From: an uncultured Bacilli bacterium | Lineage (GTDB): Bacteria > Bacillota_I > Bacilli_A > RF39 > UBA660 | Assembly (NCBI GenBank): GCA_934098385.1 | Contig: CAKOOJ010000003.1 | Location: forward strand, 78,848 to 142,847 | DNA: 64,000 bases | Reading direction: 5' to 3' | In this document: positions 1-8,856 of the stretch, one piece after another | Layout: the number at the start of each line of letters is the position of its first letter | Position numbering within the stretch: position 1 is the first letter of the stretch | Position numbers and translations under genes: made by a program | The notes under the pieces: generated by a model | Seen by the model: only the letters and a program-made list of their open reading frames with translations | Told to the model about the DNA's origin: nothing | Database searches by the model: none

Positions 1-181
1 CATATTTAGCAAGTCTTGTTGCTATTAGAAAAGATGAGAAGTGTCCTATGTGCATTGAATCTGCTGTAGGATCTGTTCCTATATAAAAAGTTAATTTTTC
101 ATTATTTAATTTATCTTCTAAATCTGGACTGCTTACATCCTTAATTAATCCTCTCCATTTTAAATCGTCATATAATTTCAT
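1..181 (-). CDS. tyrS: Tyrosine--tRNA ligase, first 60 codons only (gene runs off the left edge of the window)
   Basis: Absent from the ORF track because it is edge-truncated. Hand translation of the reverse strand from ATG 181..179 gives MKLYDDLKWRGLIKDVSSPDLEDKLNNEKLTFYIGTDPTADSMHIGHFSSFLIATRLAKY. The Y-x-G-x-DPTADS-x-HIGH region is typical of bacterial class-I TyrRS. A GAGGG Shine-Dalgarno lies a few nt upstream. Confidence 0.85.
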   Translation of the reverse strand, partial: MKLYDDLKWRGLIKDVSSPDLEDKLNNEKLTFYIGTDPTADSMHIGHFSSFLIATRLAKY

Positions 182-194
182 AATATCCCTCTTC

Positions 195-815
195 CTATAA
201 TATATTTAATAATTCATTTAAATTATTAATTTCATTTTCTTTATTATTTTTACAATTTTTATTGTAATATATTGTTTTCATACCTAGTTTTTTAGGAACT
301 TCTATATCACTATTTAAACTATCACCTATCATAACACATTCACTATATAAATTATTTCCAATGGCTTTTTTAAATGCTTCTGGATTTGGTTTTTTTCCTG
401 CTTCTAAACCATATACTTCTTTGAAATATTTGTTTATACTTACTTTTTCTAGTCTTTTATATTGTATATCTTTATACCAATTTGTAAGTGCAACTATTTC
501 ATATTTCTTATCTAGAAATTTTAGTATATTAATTGTATTATCATTTAATAATGTACTATGTTCACTATATATTTTTAAAAGACTATGTAAAGCATTTTCA
601 GTATAAGTTATATTAAGTTTTTTTGAAATAAATTTTACTACATCTTCTTTTTTATAATTTCCATTATTTTTATCGTATTCTTCAAATATATTATATATAT
701 CCGTTGGTTTAATATTCATTTTAGATATATTTATATATTCTTTATAAGTGTCTATACAATCTTTATAAGTATCTAGTATTGTGTTATCAATATCAAAAAT
801 AATTCTTTTTATCAT
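195..815 (-). CDS. HAD-superfamily hydrolase (phosphatase-like)
   Basis: The ORF track gives 195..869. I place the start at ATG 815..813 (MIKRIIFDIDNTILDT), preceded by AGGAG at 825..821. It has the DxDxT motif I (FDIDNT) and a C-terminal GDSLNSDI motif. The upstream 18 codons of the tracked ORF run through the T-box terminator and are not credible. Confidence 0.8.
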   Translation of the reverse strand: MIKRIIFDIDNTILDTYKDCIDTYKEYINISKMNIKPTDIYNIFEEYDKNNGNYKKEDVVKFISKKLNITYTENALHSLLKIYSEHSTLLNDNTINILKFLDKKYEIVALTNWYKDIQYKRLEKVSINKYFKEVYGLEAGKKPNPEAFKKAIGNNLYSECVMIGDSLNSDIEVPKKLGMKTIYYNKNCKNNKENEINNLNELLNIL

Positions 816-825
816 ATTTACTCCT

Positions 826-957
826 AAAAAAACACCCATAAACTTAAGGGCGAAATTCCGCGGTACCACCTTAATTCTATGAATGTGTCATACTTTATTT
901 ATCTTAACGCGATGTAACGTTTTAACTCCAGGGTCGTAAATCCTTTCTTCGTTAACA
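826..957 (-). promoter_or_regulatory. T-box leader (tRNA-sensing antiterminator), probable Tyr specifier, controlling HAD-tyrS
   Basis: - **T-box sequence:** the reverse strand reads GAAUUAAGGUGGUACCGCGG (876..858), a near-perfect T-box sequence.
- **Antiterminator:** it folds into the canonical form, with helix A1 UUAAGG:CCUUAA, the 7-nt bulge UGGUACC, and helix A2 GCG-GAAUUU-CGC.
- **Competing terminator:** CGCCC..GGGUG followed by U7 (832..826), directly before the SD.
- **Stem I base helix:** UUAACG (955..950) pairs with CGUUAA (909..904).
- **Specifier candidate:** UAC followed by A (916..913) sits on the 3' side. This fits the downstream tyrS. Confidence 0.75.
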
Positions 958-962
958 ATGTT

Positions 963-990
963 ATTATACCATATTATATAATTTTGTAAA
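963..990 (-). promoter_or_regulatory. Sigma-A type promoter for the T-box/HAD/tyrS transcript
   Basis: The reverse strand has TTTACA (990..985), a 16-nt spacer, and TGgTATAAT with an extended -10 (TATAAT 968..963). The predicted start is near 956, just before stem I. Confidence 0.5.
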
Positions 991-993
991 TAA

Positions 994-1719
994 TTAACTT
1001 TCCTTAATATTATTTATATACCAATTTATTTTATCAGTCCACGTTGTACTACTTGGAGCATACTTACTTTGCATTAGTTCTGCGGTTGTTAATCCTTTAC
1101 TGTAATAATTATTAAATAGTATATTCAAATATCCATCTATACCTTCTTCTAATGTATTATATTTTATAAATTTTCCTCCGCTTTTTAATCCACCAATATT
1201 ATAATTATTTCTAACTAAGCTACTGCAAGTCCATTTACAACCAGTTTCATGTAATACTATTGCAACTGCTAAGTATGGATCTAGTCCAGTTTTCTTTGTG
1301 TAATTTGCAAAATATATTCCTGTATTTGTTAGTGTTGATGATAAATTTTTATTTAATTTTTCTGTTAAAAGAGTTAATGTCAATCCATCATATACTATGT
1401 TTCCGTCATCATTAATAACTTCATTATTAATAACTGGTTCTACTTTTTCTGTTTCTTGAATTTTAGTAGTAGTTACTAATGTTGTAGTCGTTTTTGTAGT
1501 TGTTGTAGTTTCTGCTTCTGGTATAATCAATTCTTCTTCAACTTTTTTTACTACATTGTATGAATTAGATTTTAATTTTACATCATTATATGCTAGATTA
1601 TATTTTTCTTTGTTATTAAAATAGTTTTTGTAAAAGTATTTTCTTACTCCTAGAAAGCCAGATATACTTAACATTATACCTATTATAATAATAAAAAATT
1701 GTATATTTATTTTCTTCAT
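994..1719 (-). CDS. Membrane-anchored cell-wall hydrolase with glucosaminidase-like domain
   Basis: Likely start is MKKINIQFF (ATG 1719). It has an N-terminal TM helix and a Thr-rich linker (ETTTTTKTTTTLVTTTK). The C-terminal AIVLHETGC..NNYNIGGLK..YNTLEEGIDGY resembles the mannosyl-glycoprotein endo-beta-N-acetylglucosaminidase fold. Confidence 0.65.
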   Translation of the reverse strand: MKKINIQFFIIIIGIMLSISGFLGVRKYFYKNYFNNKEKYNLAYNDVKLKSNSYNVVKKVEEELIIPEAETTTTTKTTTTLVTTTKIQETEKVEPVINNEVINDDGNIVYDGLTLTLLTEKLNKNLSSTLTNTGIYFANYTKKTGLDPYLAVAIVLHETGCKWTCSSLVRNNYNIGGLKSGGKFIKYNTLEEGIDGYLNILFNNYYSKGLTTAELMQSKYAPSSTTWTDKINWYINNIKES

Positions 1720-1766
1720 AATTATCACATTAAATATTATATCAAATAAAAAAAAGAAATACAAAT

Positions 1767-2483
1767 CTATTTCTTCCTATTATAATATCTTTTAACTGTG
1801 TTTAACCCATCTCTTATTTGATTTAAGTCATCTACATCTATTTCAGATTCTATTTTTTTATTTATATAACTTAATCTCATAAATTTATTATTAAATGCTA
1901 ATAATCTAAATAGTTTTATAAAGTCATATATTATTACGCCTAATGAAGGGATTAAAATTACTAATAACCACCCAAATTTATCTGCTATTAAAAATTGTAC
2001 TCTACCTAATTGTGGTATTTTGAATAGTACTTTTCCTAGAACATCATTTATGTTTACTGTTGCTTGATCTGCTTTTAAGTTATTATCTCCTTTTGTTATA
2101 TATGATTTTGTTCCATCTTCATTAGAAATTATATCTACTACTCTGTGTGTAACAGTTAATCCTTTTGAAACGTTACTGTTTGATACAAATGTTATAATGT
2201 CTCCTTTTTTTATATCATTTTGGTTAAATACGTTTAAATCAACAACTACATCATATACTTTTACATTTGGTTCCATACTGGGACTAATTATTGTATATAA
2301 TCCAAATTTAGGTATATTGACTGTGGGATTTTTTTCGTACATTTTTAATGATACAAAATAGTACGCGAAAAATAGTCCTAAAAATATTAGTACAACGATT
2401 ATTGCATATGATAATAGTTTCATTGCTTTATTAATATAGTATCTAATTAATTTTCTACGTTCCCTTTTATTCATTTTTTTCAT
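1767..2483 (-). CDS. sipW: Signal peptidase I, SipW/Sec11 (ER-archaeal) type
   Basis: It has an N-terminal TM helix and the catalytic-Ser motif ISPSMEPNV. TKGDNNLKADQ (GDNN) is typical of SipW/Sec11-type S26B peptidases. A second C-terminal TM helix is present. Confidence 0.8.
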   Translation of the reverse strand: MKKMNKRERRKLIRYYINKAMKLLSYAIIVVLIFLGLFFAYYFVSLKMYEKNPTVNIPKFGLYTIISPSMEPNVKVYDVVVDLNVFNQNDIKKGDIITFVSNSNVSKGLTVTHRVVDIISNEDGTKSYITKGDNNLKADQATVNINDVLGKVLFKIPQLGRVQFLIADKFGWLLVILIPSLGVIIYDFIKLFRLLAFNNKFMRLSYINKKIESEIDVDDLNQIRDGLNTVKRYYNRKK

Positions 2484-2567
2484 CTTATCACCGGACTAGT
2501 TTCTATATTTATTATATATTATCATTTAAAATAATTCAATAATAAATTTCACATAAAAAATAACTCA

Positions 2568-3407
2568 CTATGGAGTTATTTCATTAGATATTTCTGGTGA
2601 ATCTGTTTCAAGTTCTATAGTTGCTTTAAATCTTTTTCCTTGATCTTCATTTTGTACATCACCAGTTTCATATAACCAAATTTCAAAATACCACTCATTT
2701 GCAGCTTCGTAGTTACCAATAACGGCATTTTCACTTATTTTAAGCATACATACACCATCGTCATCTGTTTTAGTACAATTTGCTATATCGCTTGTAACTG
2801 GTATTATTCCAACTTCTACAGTATTGTTTTCAGCTTGATCACCTATTGTTATTATTTCTGAATCATTTAATAAACTATTATATTTAGTTTGATTAAATTT
2901 ATTATATGTTAACAAATCAAATGATGATGCAATATTACCTAATACATTAGGCTTTTTATTTGTACCTTCTGCTTTAGAGTCTGTCATTTTTACTTCTTTT
3001 AAGAAATAAACTAAATTTGTTTTTTTGCTTCCTGCTCCAAAGAATTTACTTTCTAAGAATTCATTTTCTGTTATTTTTAAGTAAATATCATATGTTGTAG
3101 GAACAGACATATTTGCTCCACTTGTTAATTTAAATTGCATTCTGTTGTTTGTTAACAAATTCCCTTCCTCGTCATAAACTGCTGGTCTTCCAGGAATTGC
3201 ACCTGTATAATCAATTTTATTTTTTGATGCAAATTCTACTATCATGTTTCCAGATACTGTTACAACATCTCTTGGTACATCATTATATTTAACTGTTGCT
3301 GTAAAGTATGCAAATGTAGCTCCTATAACTGCTACTAATAAAGTTGCGATACCTATTATTGTTAATATAATCATTGAACCTTTACTATTTTTATTATTAT
3401 TTTTCAT
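2568..3407 (-). CDS. Secreted protein with SipW-cognate (TasA/camelysin-class) signal peptide
   Basis: The N-terminus KGSMIILTIIGIATLLVAVIGATFAYFTATV matches the hydrophobic-core plus (A/T)-x-A-Y-F-T signature of SipW-dependent signal peptides. The gene lies immediately upstream of sipW in the same orientation. The mature part is not recognisably TasA. Confidence 0.6.
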   Translation of the reverse strand: MKNNNKNSKGSMIILTIIGIATLLVAVIGATFAYFTATVKYNDVPRDVVTVSGNMIVEFASKNKIDYTGAIPGRPAVYDEEGNLLTNNRMQFKLTSGANMSVPTTYDIYLKITENEFLESKFFGAGSKKTNLVYFLKEVKMTDSKAEGTNKKPNVLGNIASSFDLLTYNKFNQTKYNSLLNDSEIITIGDQAENNTVEVGIIPVTSDIANCTKTDDDGVCMLKISENAVIGNYEAANEWYFEIWLYETGDVQNEDQGKRFKATIELETDSPEISNEITP

Positions 3408-3456
3408 AACTACCTTCCTTTACTATAAAAATAGTATCATAAAAAATATTAAATTT

Positions 3457-3492
3457 CAACAAAAAAAGTATAATTTTTATCATTATACTTTT
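3457..3492 (-). terminator. Rho-independent terminator-like hairpin between the histidine kinase and the SipW-substrate gene
   Basis: Perfect 11-bp inverted repeat: aaaagtataat (3464..3474) and attatactttt (3482..3492) with a 7-nt loop. On the minus strand it is followed by a U-rich run. It could alternatively be an operator, because it contains TATAAT. Confidence 0.5.
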
Positions 3493-3634
3493 GGTATATT
3501 TATGGAAAAAGGAACAAAAAATAGTGTGAGTTTAAGTTTAATATATTTTAACGAACAAACGACAAAGTTCAAATAGTAAAAATAACAAAAAATTCCTTTT
3601 TCCGATTTAATATTATTATAGTAGTGTGAATTTT

Positions 3635-5011
3635 TTATGAAATTTTAGTGATTTCAAAATAAAATGTAGTTCCTTTGCCTATTTCACTTTTTACACCATA
3701 TTTGAAATTATGCTTATCTAAAATATTTTTTACAATTGATAAACCAACTCCAGTACCCACTTTATTTCTTTTATGATTTTTTTCATTCTTATAATATTTA
3801 TCCCATATTATATTTAACTCTTCTTTTTTAATTCCTTTACCTGTATCTATTATATTTACTAGATAAGTCTTTTTTTGTTCTATAACTTCTATTGTAACTG
3901 TTAAATCATCTCCCGTATAATTAATTGCATTATTTATTAAGTTGTATATTACTTGACTTATTTTATTAATATCCCCTTTTACTATTGCTTTTTTAGGCAT
4001 TTTTAATATAAAATTATAGTTTTCTGTTTCTTTTATAATGTTATATTTTTTTATTATATCGTTTATTAATTCTACTAAATCAAATTCTTTTAAATCTAAT
4101 GTTTCTTTATTTGCTTCTAATTTACTTAGGTTCAATATGTCATTTACTAGGATAGTCAATCTGTCTGTTTCATCAATTATTATATTTAAATTTTCATTTC
4201 TTTTTTCTTCATTATCTTTATTTATATCTCTTATCATTTCTGCATAAGCTTTAATCATTGTAAGCGGAGTTTTTAAATCATGGCTAACGTTAGCGAGTAG
4301 ATCACGTCTTAATTCATCTGTTTTATTTATTTCATGGCTTGCATAAATAAGTGAATCTCTTAAATCGTCTATTTCTTTTATCTTGCTTTCTGGAATATTT
4401 AATTCTCTATTACCTGTTGCTAACTTTTTTGCTTCTTTTGTAATATTTATTATTGGTTTGTTTAACATTTTAGAGATTATAGTTGATACTATGATAGAAA
4501 GTAGTAATACTATAAGTGTGATATATATAAGTTGGTTTCTTAATACGCTTGTAGTACTATCAACATCTTCTAAATTAGTATTTAATATTATATATTCATT
4601 GTCATTAAGTTTTAAATTATATAGTATACTTTTTGCATCATTGGTGGGATTGTTTATTTTTATTATTTCTTTATAATTATTTTTTTCTATAAAATTATTG
4701 ATTATATTTATGACACTTTTACTTTTTGAATTAAGTATACAATTATTATTTAATCCGTTAAATACATATACATCATTATCTGTTAAATATTCTATACATA
4801 TATTATTTTTATACGCAATTGCTTCTATTTCATCTATTGTATGTGTATTTTTTGTTAGTTTAAAAACTACTTTATTTAAGTTACTTATTTGATACCGTTC
4901 GTAAAATAATGTTAAAAATAGTATTTGGCTAGCCCACATTATTAAAAGTATTATACTTGAAAATATTATTAGACATTTTAATGTTTGATTTTGTATGTTA
5001 CTCTTTTTCAT
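3635..5011 (-). CDS. Sensor histidine kinase (two TM helices, HAMP, HisKA, HATPase)
   Basis: It has the H-box SHDLKTPLTMIKAYAEM, an N-box NLINNAINYT, and G-boxes DTGKGI and GTGVGLSIVK. It overlaps the upstream response regulator gene by 14 nt. Confidence 0.85.
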   Translation of the reverse strand: MKKSNIQNQTLKCLIIFSSIILLIMWASQILFLTLFYERYQISNLNKVVFKLTKNTHTIDEIEAIAYKNNICIEYLTDNDVYVFNGLNNNCILNSKSKSVINIINNFIEKNNYKEIIKINNPTNDAKSILYNLKLNDNEYIILNTNLEDVDSTTSVLRNQLIYITLIVLLLSIIVSTIISKMLNKPIINITKEAKKLATGNRELNIPESKIKEIDDLRDSLIYASHEINKTDELRRDLLANVSHDLKTPLTMIKAYAEMIRDINKDNEEKRNENLNIIIDETDRLTILVNDILNLSKLEANKETLDLKEFDLVELINDIIKKYNIIKETENYNFILKMPKKAIVKGDINKISQVIYNLINNAINYTGDDLTVTIEVIEQKKTYLVNIIDTGKGIKKEELNIIWDKYYKNEKNHKRNKVGTGVGLSIVKNILDKHNFKYGVKSEIGKGTTFYFEITKIS

Positions 5012-5663
5012 AAACGAATTTATATCCTACTCCTCGTACTGTTTTTATTGAGTTTTTATATTTTCCTAATTTTACTCTTAATAATTTAATATGTGCATCA
5101 ATGGTTCTATCTTCTGCCTCATATGTGTATCCCCATATTTTATCTATTATCATTTCTCTAGTAAATACTATATTTTCATTTTTTAAAAATAGTGTTAATA
5201 AGTCAAATTGAGTATGAGTTAATTCCACTTCGTTGTTATCTATATAAGCTGTTCTTGATAGTTCATCTAATTTTATATTACCTACTATAATTATTTTTGT
5301 ATGTTTGTTATTTCTCTTTGTTACTGCTTTTATTCTTGCAATTAATTCTTTTGGGCTAAATGGTTTGGTTACGTAATCATCTATTCCAAGATCAAATCCA
5401 GATAATTTATCAAATTCCTCTGTTCTTGCACTTAAAACGATTATTTTAGCATCACTTATTTTTTTTATTTCTTTAATAGCACTATAACCATCTAATTTAG
5501 GCATCATAATATCCATAAGTATACAATCATAATTATTGTTTTTTACTAACTCAATTGCATCAGCTCCATCACTTGCTTCATCGTATGTATAGTTTTCTAA
5601 TTTTAAATATTCTTTTATTACATTTCTTATAAGTATTTCATCATCAACAATTAATATATGCAT
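4998..5663 (-). CDS. OmpR/PhoB-family response regulator
   Basis: The receiver domain shows MHILIVDDE..DCILMDIMMPKLDG..KPF. The winged-helix output domain ends in VRGVGYKF. Confidence 0.9.
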   Translation of the reverse strand: MHILIVDDEILIRNVIKEYLKLENYTYDEASDGADAIELVKNNNYDCILMDIMMPKLDGYSAIKEIKKISDAKIIVLSARTEEFDKLSGFDLGIDDYVTKPFSPKELIARIKAVTKRNNKHTKIIIVGNIKLDELSRTAYIDNNEVELTHTQFDLLTLFLKNENIVFTREMIIDKIWGYTYEAEDRTIDAHIKLLRVKLGKYKNSIKTVRGVGYKFVYEKE

Positions 5664-5726
5664 AGTATCACTCCTCGAACATTATTATACTATAAAATAA
5701 ATGTGAATTTAATATGAAAAAAAGAA

Positions 5727-6443
5727 CTAATCAAGTTCTACGTTATGATATATTTCTGTTACATCTTCAATATCATCTAACATATTATAAAGTTTTAAGA
5801 ATAATTCTTTATCTTCACCTTCTAATTTTATTTTTTCTTTAGGATACATTCCTACTTCATCTATTTCATAATCTATATTTGGTATAAATGATTCTAAAGT
5901 ATCCTTGATTTTATGAATGTCTGTAGGATTGCATGTAACTACTAATAATTCATCTTCATTTTCTAAATCGATTATCTCTATTCCTTCATCTAATAATTTT
6001 TCAAATACTTCATCATAATTATCATATTTAAAACCAATTACTCCTAAGTAATCATAGTTATAGCTTACACTATTTGTTACTCCTAAACTTTTATTTACTT
6101 TATTAAATGCTGCTCTTACAAATCCTACTGTTCTATTAACATTATCTGTAAGTGTTTTTATTATAAGTGTACTTGCGCCTGGACCAAATCCTTCATATAT
6201 TACAGTTTCATAATTATCTTGACCTGCTCCTTTTGCTTTATCTATAGCTCTATTAATTATATCGCTTGGAACTTGACTTTTTTTAGCTTTTTCTACAATT
6301 CTTTTTAAGTGTATATTACTTTCTAATTCCGGATTACCTTTTGCTGCTAAATATATTTCTTTTGCAAATGTACTATATAATTTGGCTTTTGCTGCACCAG
6401 TTTTTTGTATACTTGCTTTTCTAACTTCATATGCTCTTCCCAT
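5727..6443 (-). CDS. YebC/PmpR-family transcriptional regulator
   Basis: MGRAYEVRKASIQKTGAAKAKLYSTFAKEIY is the conserved N-terminus of this family. The start is placed at the fourth codon of the tracked ORF. Confidence 0.9.
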   Translation of the reverse strand: MGRAYEVRKASIQKTGAAKAKLYSTFAKEIYLAAKGNPELESNIHLKRIVEKAKKSQVPSDIINRAIDKAKGAGQDNYETVIYEGFGPGASTLIIKTLTDNVNRTVGFVRAAFNKVNKSLGVTNSVSYNYDYLGVIGFKYDNYDEVFEKLLDEGIEIIDLENEDELLVVTCNPTDIHKIKDTLESFIPNIDYEIDEVGMYPKEKIKLEGEDKELFLKLYNMLDDIEDVTEIYHNVELD

Positions 6444-6486
6444 ATAAAACACCTCTTCTTAATTATATATTTTTTAATACTTTTTC

Positions 6487-6963
6487 TCAATCATATTTTA
6501 TTTGTTTTTTTAACGATTTTTGATTTTTTAATAGTTCTAATATACTTTTTAAATAATTAAAATACTTTTTTCTATTTACCAAGTCTTTTAAATAGAAATT
6601 TTTTATCATGTTCTTAAATTTAAAATATTCATAACTATGAAAATATTGTGTAACTAATTCTTCATTGTTTACTTTTATTGGTTTGTTACAATTACTATTT
6701 GTTATTAATATTGAACCTTTCTTATTTATTATTTTTTGTAAGTTTTCTTTATTTTTTAATTTATATGTATGTAGAACTGTATCATTTACTTTATAATATA
6801 CATTACAATCATAGATAGGTATGTTGTATCTTATATCTATATATCCAAATGGAACTTTTTTTGCTACTACTTTTGTTCTATATGGAATGGCACTTGTAAT
6901 AAATGAACTTTGTACTGTTCTATTATTTATAGCTATGACATCTATATAATAATAATTATTCAT
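6487..6963 (-). CDS. Hypothetical protein (158 aa, Lys/Asn-rich, no recognisable motif)
   Basis: The ORF is co-oriented with its neighbours and has a plausible intergenic context. I see no domain signature. Confidence 0.45.
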   Translation of the reverse strand: MNNYYYIDVIAINNRTVQSSFITSAIPYRTKVVAKKVPFGYIDIRYNIPIYDCNVYYKVNDTVLHTYKLKNKENLQKIINKKGSILITNSNCNKPIKVNNEELVTQYFHSYEYFKFKNMIKNFYLKDLVNRKKYFNYLKSILELLKNQKSLKKQIKYD

Positions 6964-7030
6964 GATAAATCACTTCTTTTCTCAATATTTAATTATTATA
7001 ATAAGTGATTAGTTAATTTTCAAGTATTTT

Positions 7031-8221
7031 TTATTCAGATAATACTTTTATTGCTTCATTTAATTGATTATCATTTTCTTCTACTGGATTATTTTTATAT
7101 TCTTCACTTAATTCTATATTTATATCTGGAGTTATTCCAATTTCATCGATACATTTTCCGTTTGGCATATACCATTTTGCAGATGTGTATTTTATCATGG
7201 TTCCGTCTTCTAATGCTCCCGTATTCTGAACTTTTCCTTTACCAAAAGTTTTTGTACCAATTATTTTTGCTCCATAGCTATATTTTAATGCTCCTGCTAA
7301 TATTTCACTTGCACTGGCACTATTTCCATTTACTAATACTACTATGGGATAATTTCTTTTCGTTTCTGTTTCATCCTTATATTTTGTTTCACTTTTTTTA
7401 GATTTTATACTATACATTAATTTATTTTTTTCTAGAAATAATTCGATTATATTTGTACAACTATTTAAATATCCTCCTGTATTATTTCTTACATCTATTA
7501 TTAGTGAGTCTATACCATCTTTTTCCATATTTAATAAATTTGTTTCAACTTGTGTATCTAGTGTATTTGAAAATGTTTTTAGGTATAGGTATCCTATTTT
7601 TTTACCATTTATTTCTTTTATACTACTTGTTATTGCTGGTACTATTAATGTTTTTCTTTCTAGATCAAAAGAAAGTTCAGCTCCATTTCTTAGTACTATT
7701 ATATTTATTTTTGCGTCTTTACTATTTTTTATAATATTTGAAGCTTCTTCAGTTGTTAATCCTTCTACACTAGTACCATTTATGTTTTTAATTATATCAT
7801 TCGTTTCTATCCCAACATTTTTTGCTGGCGAGTTATCTAGAACATTGTATACATAGATTTGATTTTGTTCATTTGTACTTATAGTAACACCTATTCCTTC
7901 ATAAGTACCTTCTAGTTTATCATTTAATGCATCCGTTGCATCTTCATTCATATAAATTGTATAGTCATCTCCTGCATAACTCATCATACCATTTATTGCA
8001 GCATCAATTAATTTATTTTCGTCTAAATCTTCATAATATTCATCTAGTAATTTATTATATGTACTAATAAATTCATTTACATATTTATTATTTGTTGTTG
8101 TTACTTTTCCTGTATTATGTAAACGACTATATACTAAAGAACCACCTATTATAAACGTTATAATACTTGGTATCAATACTAATAAAGATAGTTGTATGTA
8201 ATTTATTTTAATCTTTTTCAT
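7031..8221 (-). CDS. S41 carboxy-terminal processing peptidase with PDZ domain
   Basis: It has an N-terminal TM anchor and a PDZ-like region (NVLDNSPAKNVGIETNDIIKNING). The catalytic Ser lies in NGNSASASEILAGAL and the catalytic Lys in TFGKGKVQ. Confidence 0.85.
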   Translation of the reverse strand: MKKIKINYIQLSLLVLIPSIITFIIGGSLVYSRLHNTGKVTTTNNKYVNEFISTYNKLLDEYYEDLDENKLIDAAINGMMSYAGDDYTIYMNEDATDALNDKLEGTYEGIGVTISTNEQNQIYVYNVLDNSPAKNVGIETNDIIKNINGTSVEGLTTEEASNIIKNSKDAKINIIVLRNGAELSFDLERKTLIVPAITSSIKEINGKKIGYLYLKTFSNTLDTQVETNLLNMEKDGIDSLIIDVRNNTGGYLNSCTNIIELFLEKNKLMYSIKSKKSETKYKDETETKRNYPIVVLVNGNSASASEILAGALKYSYGAKIIGTKTFGKGKVQNTGALEDGTMIKYTSAKWYMPNGKCIDEIGITPDINIELSEEYKNNPVEENDNQLNEAIKVLSE

Positions 8222-8270
8222 ACTTTATATTTTAGCATAAAACAGCATTAAAAAAAAGATGATTGTTCAT

Positions 8271-8780
8271 CTATTTTAATATATTTACAATATTGTCTAC
8301 ACCACTGTAGCAATTTATTACTTTACCATCTTTTATTTTATATAAAGTTGCTTCTTTTATTTTTACATCATTTGTATTTTTAGGCTTTTCTACTAATTCA
8401 TCCCCTAAAACATATGAATTTATTTTTTTGTCTAAATCTATATAATATGTCTTTATATAGTTGTCACTACTTCTGTAAGTAGCTAGTACGCTATCTAGAT
8501 TACTTCCATCATTTTCTTTAGAATAAATAAGAACATAGTATTCATCTTCTATTCTATTGAACATAGTACCTATTGTTGCAATATCGTAATCGATTTTTGT
8601 TTCTGCTTTTGTAGAATTTTTATCTTCTTTTTTTAACATATGATCTGTTAGAAAATATAGTCCTAAACTTATAAGAATTACAAATATTAGTAGAAGTCCT
8701 ATGTTCCTTACTAAAGTCATATCTTCATTTATTATTCTTTTTTGTTTTAATTTATTTTTATTCTTTACCATTATAACCAC
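8271..8780 (-). CDS. Hypothetical membrane-anchored protein (single N-terminal TM helix)
   Basis: The ORF has a TM helix (IGLLLIFVILISLGLYFL). No catalytic motif was recognised. Confidence 0.45.
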   Translation of the reverse strand: MVIMVKNKNKLKQKRIINEDMTLVRNIGLLLIFVILISLGLYFLTDHMLKKEDKNSTKAETKIDYDIATIGTMFNRIEDEYYVLIYSKENDGSNLDSVLATYRSSDNYIKTYYIDLDKKINSYVLGDELVEKPKNTNDVKIKEATLYKIKDGKVINCYSGVDNIVNILK

Positions 8781-8856
8781 CTATAAATTATTTTATCACA
8801 TATTTTTAATATGTCATAACAAAAAAGTGATATTTCACACTTTTTTGTTGTTTTTG

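Noticed and set aside
816-869. Upstream 18 codons (MVPRNFALKFMGVFLGVN) of the HAD hydrolase ORF
   Set aside because: They run through the T-box terminator and U-tract. A good AGGAG-N5-ATG exists at 815, and the HAD motif I begins immediately after it.
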